Numbered from the stretch's first letter, positions 41,490 through 50,627 are shown. The stretch: DNA of 64,000 nucleotides from Bacillota bacterium (GCA_050260455.1 JBLNCF010000012.1:58236-122235); one strand, 5' to 3'. Program-made: numbers and translations. The notes: generated by a model from the sequence alone, not told the origin.

Positions 41490-41915
41490 ATGGATCCAAA
41501 GCAATTCGAAGAACTCGTAGGAGAAACGTGGGAGGCCATGCCGGAGCGTTTCAAAAAGCGTGTGGAGAATGTTGCACTTCTCATCGAAGAGGAACCGAGT
41601 GAAGAGGTACGAGAACGGGAAGGGTTAGGACCTCACGAGACGTTACTGGGTCTCTATCACGGCATTCCAGCCATCGCGCGCGGCGAGATGTATGGCATCG
41701 GGGGAGTTGTTCCAGATACCATTACGTTGTATCGGTTACCTATTTTGGAGGAGGCGCACCGTCTTTCTCGCGAGCGAAACTATGCTTCGTTTGACGAAGC
41801 GATAGCCGAGGCTGTCCGCGAAACGTTATGGCATGAAGTGGGGCATTATTTCGGTTTATCGGAAGGGGAAATAGACGAACGGGAATCTGACGGAAGCAAC
41901 CAATTTGCTCCTTAA
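41490..41915 (+). CDS. Zincin-like metallopeptidase (minimal)
   Basis: LLGLYHG, PD.ITLYR.P and HEVGHYFG. Confidence 0.85.
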   Translation: MDPKQFEELVGETWEAMPERFKKRVENVALLIEEEPSEEVREREGLGPHETLLGLYHGIPAIARGEMYGIGGVVPDTITLYRLPILEEAHRLSRERNYASFDEAIAEAVRETLWHEVGHYFGLSEGEIDERESDGSNQFAP

Positions 41916-42017
41916 CGGCTATCCACACTCGTGTGAAGCCTGCACGGCACGGCTCTTCAAAGGATTCATACTTATAGACGAGATCCGCTCTGGGTCCCTT
42001 ATCCCTTAATCATTCCT

Positions 42018-42431
42018 ATGGCTAAAACGCTTGCGATAGTCTTCGGCATCGTACTTGTCATTGTTGGCGTGCTTGGATTTGTTCCGAACACGCTCGTCGG
42101 TGCTGGCGACACATTCGCGACCAATCTGGCGCATGATCTGGTGCACCTCGTCACTGGCATCATTCTGCTTGCTGTTGCCTTCATGGCATCTGGTAAGTCC
42201 GGTCTCTGGCTTAAGATTCTGGGCGTGGTGTACCTTGTGCTTGCGGTTGTCGGATTCGTGCTTGCTCCGAATGGCGGCATCCTGTTCGGTCTTAATGTGA
42301 ATCCGGCCGACCACCTTCTCCACATCGTGCTCGGCGTGGTGTTTCTGGTGGCGGGCTTCGTTGGCAAAGGCTCGAAAGCCTCCGTTCCTGCTGCGCCTAT
42401 GTCCACTCCTCCTACTGGAGGAACGATGTAG
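42018..42431 (+). CDS. DUF4383-like membrane protein
   Basis: GVLGFVP, N..HDLVHL..G and N.AD.LLH. Confidence 0.78.
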   Translation: MAKTLAIVFGIVLVIVGVLGFVPNTLVGAGDTFATNLAHDLVHLVTGIILLAVAFMASGKSGLWLKILGVVYLVLAVVGFVLAPNGGILFGLNVNPADHLLHIVLGVVFLVAGFVGKGSKASVPAAPMSTPPTGGTM

Positions 42432-42529
42432 TTTCTCCGGGATAGGTGCTTACGAACGCGCGCTTCGGTGCGCGTTCGTCATATACGCAAAAGCCACCAT
42501 CGAGGAAGATGGCGGCGTAAGAAGAAGAA

Positions 42530-42754
42530 TCAGTAGGGACCGACTTGTCGTGCTTGAGGGAGTGGGTAGGGAGGAAGTGCGGGAGTGCCGAGGGCTGCAG
42601 CTTGTGCGGCATATCCTGAAGCAACATTCGCGGAAACCTCTGCTCCTTTCAAGAATGACAGGACGGTAGATTCTCCTTGGGACAGGACAGCGGGTGCGAG
42701 GCATTTAAGGACGAGTATCAGCACCGCTATCCCTATGGCGTTCCATACGGACAT
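42530..42754 (-). CDS. Small hypothetical membrane protein
   Basis: MSVWNAIGIAVLILVLK...; N-terminal hydrophobic helix. Confidence 0.5.
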   Translation of the reverse strand: MSVWNAIGIAVLILVLKCLAPAVLSQGESTVLSFLKGAEVSANVASGYAAQAAALGTPALPPYPLPQARQVGPY

Positions 42755-42908
42755 AGGCGAGCGATTAAAAGCGGGTAAACCAGTACGATGAAGCACTGGC
42801 GAGACACGGTGCGGTGTCTCCTGATCTGGTCCTCGAAGGTTCCTCGTTCCCTCTGTCCCTTATAACCAGACTGGCCTTTAAAGGGTTGCGGAGGTGTTAG
42901 AGTGAGGC

Positions 42909-43490
42909 ATGCAATTTGAATGGCACACCGTGCTCGGAATGGCGGGAAGCCTCCTGCTTATCCTTTTGGCGTATCCGTATATCCGGAGCATCGTGAAAGA
43001 TACGACCCGGCCGAGTGCTGTTTCTTGGCTCGGCTGGGCCCTCCTCTTCGGTATCACTTCGGCTGCGCAGTTCTCGAAAGGTGTGGACTGGTCGCTTGCC
43101 GTGCCGGTCATTTCCACCTTGAGCACCTCGATTATATTTGTTTTCGCGCTCTTCATCGGTCGGATCGTATGGACTCGTTTTGATGCTCTATGTCTTTTCC
43201 TTGCCGTACTTGCAGTAGTGCTGTGGCTTATCACTAAAGAGCCACTTACGGCGATCGTACTTAGCATGGCTGCTGATTTCTTCGTCACCATCCCCACACT
43301 CATCAAAACGTATCAGGATCCGACGTCCGAACCGCGCATCCTCTGGACGCTATATACCCTAGGTGCACTCCTTGAAGTTCTTGCGACTCAGGAATTAACC
43401 ATCTACAACCTGTTGTTCCCGATATATACCGTGCTTGGTTCAGGAAGCATCGCACTTCTTTCCTGGCGGGCCGTGGGACAGCGAACCTAA
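42909..43490 (+). CDS. Hypothetical multi-TM protein (paralog of 48779-49381)
   Basis: PYI.SI....TRP...SW..W and AD....IPT..KT...P..E. Confidence 0.75.
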   Translation: MQFEWHTVLGMAGSLLLILLAYPYIRSIVKDTTRPSAVSWLGWALLFGITSAAQFSKGVDWSLAVPVISTLSTSIIFVFALFIGRIVWTRFDALCLFLAVLAVVLWLITKEPLTAIVLSMAADFFVTIPTLIKTYQDPTSEPRILWTLYTLGALLEVLATQELTIYNLLFPIYTVLGSGSIALLSWRAVGQRT

Positions 43491-43491
43491 T

Positions 43492-44037
43492 TCAGACACC
43501 CGAGCGGTTTGCGAGCAGTTCAGCAAATTCCTTCTGCACCTTCTGTAGTTTGGGAGCGATGATGACCTGGCAATAGCCCTGCTGCGAGTTTCGTGCGTAA
43601 TAGTCCTTGTGGTACTCCTCGGCAGGATAGAAGGTCGCATGCTCCTCCACGGTCGTTACGATAGGATCGCCTTCGCTCGAAGATCCCTGCAATTCCTGGA
43701 TGAAAGCCTGTGCCTCTTTCGTTTGTTCTGCTGTAGTAGGGAAGACGGCGGAGCGGTATTGCGTGCCAATATCGTTCCCTTGCCGGTTTAACTGTGTTGC
43801 ATCATGGCTACCGAAGAAAACGGTCATGAGCTCTCGGTAGGAGATCTGTGATGGATCGAATTCGATACGGATGACTTCTGCGTGTCCCGTTGTCCCCGTG
43901 CACACCTGCTCGTAGGTGGGATTGCTGGTATGTCCGCCTGCATAGCCAGGTTCTACCTTGGTCACACCTTTCAGCATCTTAAATACCGCTTCGGTGCACC
44001 AGAAGCATCCGCCTCCGAATATCGCTGTTTCGGTCAT
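43492..44037 (-). CDS. msrA: Peptide-methionine (S)-S-oxide reductase
   Basis: GGGCFWC, GYAGG, GHAE, QYRS and AEEYH. Confidence 0.95.
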   Translation of the reverse strand: MTETAIFGGGCFWCTEAVFKMLKGVTKVEPGYAGGHTSNPTYEQVCTGTTGHAEVIRIEFDPSQISYRELMTVFFGSHDATQLNRQGNDIGTQYRSAVFPTTAEQTKEAQAFIQELQGSSSEGDPIVTTVEEHATFYPAEEYHKDYYARNSQQGYCQVIIAPKLQKVQKEFAELLANRSGV

Positions 44038-44124
44038 GGATTCATCGTAGCACTAGAAAGAAAGAGCGCGCCTGTCCCGGCGCGCAAAAGTTCAACTGCC
44101 CACATACTCCTCTCTTCTTGTTAT

Positions 44125-44271
44125 TCAGTCTTCCTCTTCTTCTAGCGCCGCGTCGGCTTCTTCGTCGGCTTGACGTTGGGTGTCAGCGGCATCGCGCAGC
44201 GCCTCCGCTTTCTCGGAGCCGCGTTCTTCAGCGGCGTCAGCTTGTTCTTCGAGTTCTCGTGGTGTAGGCAT
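44125..44271 (-). CDS. 48-aa highly acidic peptide (missing from the ORF track)
   Basis: SD GGGAG-accacg-ATG; MPTPRELEEQADAAEERGSEKAEALRDAADTQRQADEEADAALEEEED; downstream hairpin GCGCGCC/GGCGCGC plus T run. Confidence 0.6.
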   Translation of the reverse strand: MPTPRELEEQADAAEERGSEKAEALRDAADTQRQADEEADAALEEEED

Positions 44272-44408
44272 CGTGGTCTCCCGTGGTTCTCGTGCCTGGC
44301 GTAGTTAATACAAAAGGTAGTGAAGGACGAGTGAGTCGCCGCTGCTTCACCGCTCCATCATCGATAAGCTCGTATACAAGAGCGACTCTAATTACATTGC
44401 TCATTCTT

Positions 44409-44897
44409 ATGGACCCCATCGAACTCATCACCGAAGACCACCGCCGCATTCAAGCACTCCTCGACGAGTACGAAGCGTACGGCGAGGACGCATACATTCA
44501 GAAACAGGAACTTGTCGATTCCATTATCGATGAGCTTGAAGCACATACGGAGATGGAAGAGACCATTGCGTATCCCGCGTTCCGCGAAGCGTTCGATACC
44601 GAGGGAGATAAGAAGATAGAAGAGGCGTATGCAGAGCATGACGTTGCCAAGAATCTCATAGAAGAATTACGTGGCCTGGATCCCCAGGATCCGCAATTTG
44701 ATGCGAAGCTGGTGGTGCTTCGGGAAAGTGTCATGCACCACATGGAGGAAGAGGAAAGCAGCCTCCTCCCTTCAGCAGAGACATCGATGAGTGGGGAAGA
44801 TATGGCGCGAATCGGAGAGGAAATGAAGGCATTCAAGGATGCGCGCGATGATGCGGCGCTCGATGCTTTGAGCGACCTTGACGACGACGCGTTATAG
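44409..44897 (+). CDS. Hemerythrin HHE cation-binding domain protein
   Basis: DH, H...EE...YP, EH and HH.EEEE. Confidence 0.88.
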   Translation: MDPIELITEDHRRIQALLDEYEAYGEDAYIQKQELVDSIIDELEAHTEMEETIAYPAFREAFDTEGDKKIEEAYAEHDVAKNLIEELRGLDPQDPQFDAKLVVLRESVMHHMEEEESSLLPSAETSMSGEDMARIGEEMKAFKDARDDAALDALSDLDDDAL

Positions 44898-44996
44898 ACG
44901 CTATCCACCGCACGTGCTCGACGGGGCACTGGGGCACGTGCCTATACTCGAAATAGAGGTGCGCTCCTGCACACTCGGTAGCAAAGGGGTTTTGAC

Positions 44997-45503
44997 ATGG
45001 GCTGGACAGAAGAACGGATAGCCTTGCTCAAGAAGATGTGGCTTGAAGGACTCTCGGCGAGCCAGATCGCGAAGCAGTTGGGTGGGGTGACCAGGAACGC
45101 GGTGATCGGGAAGGTGCATCGGCTGGGCCTTTCTGGACGCGCTACACCGTCGCAGCCACGAGCAGCTGCATACAAGGTCAAGGTGCCCCGCGCGCCACGA
45201 CCGGTTACGACGAAGCCTGCGCGTCGGGAACCGGCTGAAGCGGTGCATCGGCCGGCGGCACGGGTACAGATATACCGCGAAGAATCTCCTGGCTCGGCGA
45301 CGATACTCACGCTCGGGGCACATATGTGCAAATGGCCGATCGGGGATCCCGTCTCCGACAGCTTCACCTTCTGCGGCAAGCGGGTGGGGGATGGCAACCC
45401 GTACTGTGTGGATCACGGACGGATCGCCTACCAACCCATGCAGGCAGGCCAGAAGAAATCATCCGGGGATGATCTCGTCCGTTCTCTGCGCCGGTACGCG
45501 TAA
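44997..45503 (+). CDS. gcrA: GcrA cell-cycle regulator (alphaproteobacterial type)
   Basis: W..ER...LKK.W..GLSASQIAKQLGGVTRNAVIGKVHRLGLSGR, CKWPIGDP...FTFCG...PYC..H and RSLRRY. Confidence 0.92.
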   Translation: MGWTEERIALLKKMWLEGLSASQIAKQLGGVTRNAVIGKVHRLGLSGRATPSQPRAAAYKVKVPRAPRPVTTKPARREPAEAVHRPAARVQIYREESPGSATILTLGAHMCKWPIGDPVSDSFTFCGKRVGDGNPYCVDHGRIAYQPMQAGQKKSSGDDLVRSLRRYA

Positions 45504-45521
45504 AACTCGGCTGGTAAGTCA

Positions 45522-45555
45522 GGGCGCCTTCGGCACATATGTGCTCGAGGCGCCC
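45522..45555. terminator. Hairpin between the convergent gcrA and msrB genes
   Basis: GGGCGCCT..GGCAC-atat-GTGCT..AGGCGCCC. Confidence 0.55.
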
Positions 45556-45559
45556 GCAC

Positions 45560-45958
45560 TTATTCCTTATCGAAAGCAAGACAGACGGAATTAATACAGT
45601 ATCGTTTGCCGCCTGCATCCTTGGGTCCATCATCAAATACATGACCCAGATGACTGCCGCAGTGCTTGCAGAATACTTCCGTGCGTTGCATGCCGTGGCT
45701 GTCGTCCACTCTCGTACCTACATTCTCTGCGACCGCGGGATCAGTGAAGGATGGCCAGCCGGTCCCTGAATCAAATTTTTGTGCGCTGGTGAAGAGGACA
45801 TTTCCACATACTTTGCAGCGGTACACACCCTCCTCATGATTATCGACATATTCGCCGGTGAAGGGTGCTTCGGTGGCCCCTTCGCGAAGCACCGCATATT
45901 CTTCAGTTGTGAGCCGCTCGCGTAATTCTTCTTCGGTTGGCATCGGTTTTTCATTCAT
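45560..45958 (-). CDS. msrB: Peptide-methionine (R)-S-oxide reductase
   Basis: TEAPFTG, CxxC pairs, SGTGWPSF, HLGHVF.DGP and RYCINS. Confidence 0.95.
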   Translation of the reverse strand: MNEKPMPTEEELRERLTTEEYAVLREGATEAPFTGEYVDNHEEGVYRCKVCGNVLFTSAQKFDSGTGWPSFTDPAVAENVGTRVDDSHGMQRTEVFCKHCGSHLGHVFDDGPKDAGGKRYCINSVCLAFDKE

Positions 45959-46009
45959 GCGGAAAGTATATACCCAGGCTCGGTGAAGGCTCCGTGTTAG
46001 AATCGGGCC

Positions 46010-46462
46010 ATGAAGCGCTCGACGCTCATTTCTCTTATCATTGCGCTCTCATTCCTCGGCGTGGCAGATGCCTGGTATCTCGCGGAGACCGCGCTTACCC
46101 ATACGGCTCTGACCTGCAGTATAGCAGGGCTCGATGGCTGCAATGTCGTTGCGCAAAGCCCCTATTCGCACGTTTTCGGCATTCCGCTTGGGGTATACGG
46201 TGTCGTCTTCTACGCCCTCACTATCATTATCGCAGCCCTCTCGGCGCGGCTGGTTCGTACCTGGCTCGATCGCATTCTGGCGCTGATTGTTTTTGTCGGA
46301 GCGCTCGCCTCCCTCTATTTCTTGTACGTCCAGTTCGTACTTATTCAGGCGCTGTGCGTGTACTGCCTTGCGTCTGCAGTCATCTCGCTTGCGCTCACGG
46401 TCGTAGTTATTCGTCTGGTACGAGGGCAGAAAACGAGCGACCCTGCGGCTACTGTCTCTTAA
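46010..46462 (+). CDS. Vitamin K epoxide reductase family protein
   Basis: C......C..V..S.YS..FGIP and a CVYC motif. Confidence 0.9.
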   Translation: MKRSTLISLIIALSFLGVADAWYLAETALTHTALTCSIAGLDGCNVVAQSPYSHVFGIPLGVYGVVFYALTIIIAALSARLVRTWLDRILALIVFVGALASLYFLYVQFVLIQALCVYCLASAVISLALTVVVIRLVRGQKTSDPAATVS

Positions 46463-46486
46463 ACTCTCGTGTTATTATCAGGCCAT

Positions 46487-47641
46487 ATGAAGCGGTACCT
46501 AGCTATCGCAACTCTGCTTCTCCTTGCGCCGTCGTTCGCGTACGCATCCACATTCACCTCAAGCCGCACCGTCGTTCTTTCCGACGAGACGACCAACGCA
46601 TACCTGACTGGTACAGATATTACGGTCGTAGCGCCGCTTGCGGGCGACCTGCTTGCGGCCGGAGGCACGGTGACGGCGAATAGTCCGATAGCCGGAGACG
46701 CGATGCTCGCGGGCGGTACTATCGATATCGAGAAACCGGTGGCAGGCGATGTGCGTGCGGGTGGCGGTACCGTCACCGTGAACGCTCCTGTGGGCGGTGA
46801 CCTGGTTGCAGGAGGAGGAACGGTTACCGTTTCAGGAACCGCCAAGGAGATGCGTATTGCGGGCGGCACGGTACGCATAACTAATGGTGCCACCGGTCCA
46901 GTCATTATCTACGGCGCCGATATTTCTCTTGCGGGTGATTTTGCAGGCGATGTCACCATCGAGGCTTCCGACCGAATCACCATTGCGGAGGGCACTCATA
47001 TCCATGGTGCGCTGCGGTATAACGCACCGCAGGAGATCACACTTCCGGTGGGTGCTGTTGCTGATGGGGGCGTCTCCTATATCGGTTCGTCATCGTTCCT
47101 GCCGACCTCGCAGGAAGCACAGACGTTCGCGGTAGCCGGCGCGACCATCTTCTTTGTGGTACATCTCCTTGCCGTACTCATCCTTGCCGGTCTCCTTGCC
47201 GGTCTTTTCCCGGTATTCACCGAGCGGGTAGCCGAGCGCACACTTGCTGATCATTCTCCCGGTCGGTTTGTCCTTCTTGCTTTGCTTGGATTCGGTATAC
47301 TCGTAGCCGCACCGGTGCTCATCCTCTTCCTCCTCTTCTCGTTCGTCGGTATTGGCGTAGCACTCGTACTGGCTGCGCTCTATGCACTCTTTATCATGCT
47401 TGCCTATATCTATGCCGGTATCCTTGCTGGTGCCGCCCTCGCTCGGGGACTTATGAAGCGGCACATCATTACGTGGAAGGAGGCGGTGCTCGGCATGCTC
47501 GTCCTCTACCTTATCGGAGTCATTCCAGTCATTGGCATGCTCGTTAAGTTTGTGCTCATGCTTGCTGCGGGCGGAGCTATTGTTTCCATAGCGTACGTAT
47601 TCGCGTTCCGCCGGACCTCTGCAGAGCCGCTCTTCGAGTGA
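46487..47641 (+). CDS. Beta-helix (bactofilin/polymer-forming-like) repeat protein with a C-terminal TM domain
   Basis: Signal peptide; repeated GD..AGGTV.V units; about 5 TM helices. Confidence 0.7.
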   Translation: MKRYLAIATLLLLAPSFAYASTFTSSRTVVLSDETTNAYLTGTDITVVAPLAGDLLAAGGTVTANSPIAGDAMLAGGTIDIEKPVAGDVRAGGGTVTVNAPVGGDLVAGGGTVTVSGTAKEMRIAGGTVRITNGATGPVIIYGADISLAGDFAGDVTIEASDRITIAEGTHIHGALRYNAPQEITLPVGAVADGGVSYIGSSSFLPTSQEAQTFAVAGATIFFVVHLLAVLILAGLLAGLFPVFTERVAERTLADHSPGRFVLLALLGFGILVAAPVLILFLLFSFVGIGVALVLAALYALFIMLAYIYAGILAGAALARGLMKRHIITWKEAVLGMLVLYLIGVIPVIGMLVKFVLMLAAGGAIVSIAYVFAFRRTSAEPLFE

Positions 47642-48117
47642 TCATGGGGTTCCCGCGTGTAGGTACTGCCGCACCCGACTTCACACTCCTGGATCAGGAC
47701 GGGAAAGAACACCGTCTTTCTGCCTACCGGGGGAAATGGGTGCTTATCTATTTCTATCCTAAGGACGATACTCCGGGCTGTACTAAGGAAGCGTGTGCCA
47801 TTCGTGACGCCGATCCTGACTTCAGCACACTCGATGCGGTCGTGCTCGGTATTTCCGCTGATAGCGTAAAGTCGCACAAGAAATTTGCGGAGAAGTACGA
47901 ACTTACATTCCCGCTCCTTGCAGACGAAGACAAAACGGTCATCAATGCATACGGCGTGTGGGGCCTGAAAAAATTCATGGGCCGAGAGTATGAGGGCATT
48001 CTTCGTACTTCATTCCTGGTTGATCCGAACGGGAAGATCGCCTACGTCTATGAAAAGGTGAAGCCGGAGCAGCATGCTGCGGAAGTAATCGCTGATCTGA
48101 AGGAATTTGTCGCATGA
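47638..48117 (+). CDS. bcp: Peroxiredoxin Bcp/PrxQ
   Basis: YFYPKDDTPGCTKEAC. Confidence 0.93.
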   Translation: MIMGFPRVGTAAPDFTLLDQDGKEHRLSAYRGKWVLIYFYPKDDTPGCTKEACAIRDADPDFSTLDAVVLGISADSVKSHKKFAEKYELTFPLLADEDKTVINAYGVWGLKKFMGREYEGILRTSFLVDPNGKIAYVYEKVKPEQHAAEVIADLKEFVA

Positions 48118-48782
48118 CGTCCGAGAAACTGAAAGAACGCAAAGCGCGCGCAAAGAAGATCGTTGCGTATTTGAAGAAGGAATATCCCGTTCCGAAAACG
48201 GAACTTGCGTATAAGACGCCCTTCCAGCTTGTTGCTTCTGTCATTCTCTCTGCGCAATGCACGGACAAGAAGGTGAATGCGGTCACCGAAACGTTGTGGA
48301 AGAAATACAAGACTATAGATGATTTCGCCAACGCGGATCTCGCAACCTTCACGAGAGAGATATCCTCACTTACGTTCTATCAAAACAAAGCCAAGCACAT
48401 CATTGCGGCGGCCAACTATGTACGCGACCATTTCAAGGGAAAGGTGCCGAAGACCGAAAGCGAGATGGTGCAGCTCCCCGGTGTGGCGTACAAGACTGCG
48501 CATGTGGTGCTGGGCGAGCTCTATGACATCTGGGAAGGAATACCTACTGATACGCATGTGCGCCGCTTTGCCATCCGATTCGATCTCGTTGACAGTCGAG
48601 ACCTGACCAAGATTTCCAAAGAGCTTGAAGCACTCATACCCAAAGAGGACTGGCGATATGTAAATAACGGGCTCGTGCTCTATGGCCGCTACCTATGTCC
48701 AGCCACACCGCACGACTGCACCCAGCATCCGCTCACCAAACTCTATCCTCTGGCGGCGAACGTCTGGCCTAAATCAAAATGA
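48114..48782 (+). CDS. nth: Endonuclease III (HhH-GPD)
   Basis: LSAQCTD..VN, LPGV..KTA and DTHV.R; degenerate FeS motif. Confidence 0.9.
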   Translation: MTSEKLKERKARAKKIVAYLKKEYPVPKTELAYKTPFQLVASVILSAQCTDKKVNAVTETLWKKYKTIDDFANADLATFTREISSLTFYQNKAKHIIAAANYVRDHFKGKVPKTESEMVQLPGVAYKTAHVVLGELYDIWEGIPTDTHVRRFAIRFDLVDSRDLTKISKELEALIPKEDWRYVNNGLVLYGRYLCPATPHDCTQHPLTKLYPLAANVWPKSK

Positions 48783-49381
48783 TTGACCACGAACTCATTG
48801 GCATCATCGCAGGTCTTCTCGCGTTCGGAACGGGCATTCCCTACATCTGGAATATTCTGGGTGGCATCACAAAGCCCAATGTCGTGACGTATTTTGTCTG
48901 GACACTTCTCCAGACCATTGCCCTCATTGCGCAGTGGAGAGCGGGCGCCTCCTGGTCCATTCTGCTTCTCCTTGGTTCGACGGTAAGTGTCGCCATCATA
49001 TTTCTGCTGTCGCTTACCAAATACGGATATAAGCACTACACGCCCGTGGACACCATTGCTCTTCTGTTGGCTGGACTCGCCGTTATCATCCTCGTATTTA
49101 CGGATCATCCTACGCTCGCCATCCTTCTACCTATCGTCGCGGATGGACTCGGTGCCATACCAACCATCGTGAAGACGAAGAAGTATCCGCACACCGAGGA
49201 TCAGTTGGCATGGTTCCTCATGATTATTGCGTCGGCCTTGGGTGTGATTGCCACCGAGAAGATGGATGTGGCGAATCTGGCATATCCTATCTTCCTCTTG
49301 TTTGAAGCGACGTTCATATTTAGTCTCGCATTTTTCACCAAGAAGACGGTGGTGTGTCGATGGGGAAGAGGGTGTGTCTAA
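48779..49381 (+). CDS. Hypothetical multi-TM protein (paralog of 42909-43490)
   Basis: PYI..I..G.TKP...T...W and AD....IPT..KT...P..E. Confidence 0.75.
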   Translation: MIDHELIGIIAGLLAFGTGIPYIWNILGGITKPNVVTYFVWTLLQTIALIAQWRAGASWSILLLLGSTVSVAIIFLLSLTKYGYKHYTPVDTIALLLAGLAVIILVFTDHPTLAILLPIVADGLGAIPTIVKTKKYPHTEDQLAWFLMIIASALGVIATEKMDVANLAYPIFLLFEATFIFSLAFFTKKTVVCRWGRGCV

Positions 49382-49421
49382 CTCGTTTGACCTCTCGAGG
49401 TGAGGGGTATAGGATGCGCGC

Positions 49422-49627
49422 AGTGGTCCTGCGGGCGCAGCCTGTTCTTTTGTTCTCTCGGGGGAGAGTCGACTGAAACAACGTGATGATGCGTGGGAGG
49501 GCAAAACCGCACGCGACTGATCGTTGCCGATTCGGCCTAAAACCTATTCTACAGAGAACAAGCTTCACCTCCAGGACCACACCCTCACTTCTATGACCTT
49601 TTGTGGCGTCCCGAATGGGGCGCTTTT
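49422..49627 (+). ncRNA. ssrS: Rod-shaped ncRNA, probably 6S RNA
   Basis: Promoter TTGACC-N17-TAGGAT (49387-49415); nested pairings GTGGTCCTG/CAGGACCAC, TTGTTCTCT/AGAGAACAA, CAACG/CGTTG and GCGTG/CACGC; terminator at 49605-49627. Confidence 0.6.
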
Positions 49628-49657
49628 GCATTTCCTTGGAAGCGGTACCATGAGGGT

Positions 49658-50350
49658 ATGGAGAAGTCCAAACCAGTCGCAGTATTCGATATCGACGGAA
49701 CCCTGTTCCGCTCCTCGCTCCTTATCGAATTGGTGGAGGAGCTAGTGCGACGCGGCATATTCCCCCCGGAGGCGCGTAACACCTATAAGGATGCGCACGA
49801 GGACTGGCTGAATCGAAAGGGAGAATACGGACCGTTCATTCAGAAGGTTGTGCTCGCGTTTGGTAAGTACGCCAAAGGTGCACCGTATGGGGAGGTGGCG
49901 GATATTGCCGGCGAGATCATCGAAGCCAAACGCGATCGTGTTTATCGCTATACCCGGGACCTTATTACCGATCTCAAGAAGGATGGTCACTACCTTCTTG
50001 CCGTATCGCACTCGCCAAAGTTCATTGTGGATGGCTTTGCGTATGAACTGGGATTCGATAAGTCGTACGGTACCTTCTATGACACTGGCGCAAGTAATCG
50101 TTTCACTGGAGAGATCATCGATGAGCATCTCATTATGAATAAGGCGGCGATATTGAAACGCGCCGTTGAGAAGGAGGGACTCACGCTCGAAGGGTCGGTG
50201 GGGGTAGGAGACACCGAGAGCGATATTTCTATGCTTACCATGGTCGAAACAGCTATTGCGTTCAACCCGAATCGTTTGCTCTACCGCCACGCCAAAAAGC
50301 ATGGGTGGAAGATAGTGGTGGAGCGGAAAGATGTGATTTATGAGATCTAG
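49658..50350 (+). CDS. HAD-IB family hydrolase (SerB-like)
   Basis: FDIDGTL, VS.S, K and GDTESD; TACCAT-N6-ATG start. Confidence 0.88.
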   Translation: MEKSKPVAVFDIDGTLFRSSLLIELVEELVRRGIFPPEARNTYKDAHEDWLNRKGEYGPFIQKVVLAFGKYAKGAPYGEVADIAGEIIEAKRDRVYRYTRDLITDLKKDGHYLLAVSHSPKFIVDGFAYELGFDKSYGTFYDTGASNRFTGEIIDEHLIMNKAAILKRAVEKEGLTLEGSVGVGDTESDISMLTMVETAIAFNPNRLLYRHAKKHGWKIVVERKDVIYEI

Positions 50351-50375
50351 ATAGTGCATTTGCTATACTCTCCGT

Positions 50376-50627
50376 ATGACCAAGCGACTCTATCGAAGCA
50401 GGACCAATAAGGTGCTCGAGGGCGTGTGCGCGGGCGTCGGTGAGTATTTCGACGTGGATCCGGTACTCGTCCGCCTCATCTATCTCATGGCCACCGTATT
50501 CACCGGATTCGTGCCTGGCATCGTCGGTTACATAATCGCTATGCTTATTGTTCCGGAACAGCCGAAAGCGGTAACCGAATCGAAGCCGAAGGAGGAACCG
50601 GTCAAGGATGACTCCGCAGCAGTTTAG
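50376..50627 (+). CDS. pspC: PspC domain protein
   Basis: KRLYRS..NK...GVCAG.GEYF.VDP.LVR. Confidence 0.9.
   Translation: MTKRLYRSRTNKVLEGVCAGVGEYFDVDPVLVRLIYLMATVFTGFVPGIVGYIIAMLIVPEQPKAVTESKPKEEPVKDDSAAV

Noticed and set aside
44034-44105. GAGGAG-t-ATG mini-ORF (MWAVELLRAG...) overlapping the msrA start
   Set aside because: The SD spacing is too short and the ORF runs through a terminator hairpin, so it is probably chance.
46600-46960. Quasi-periodic GCGGGCGG.AC repeats as a DNA repeat or CRISPR array
   Set aside because: They are degenerate protein-level beta-helix repeats inside a CDS, with no identical repeats separated by unique spacers. No CRISPR array or cas gene was found in the window.
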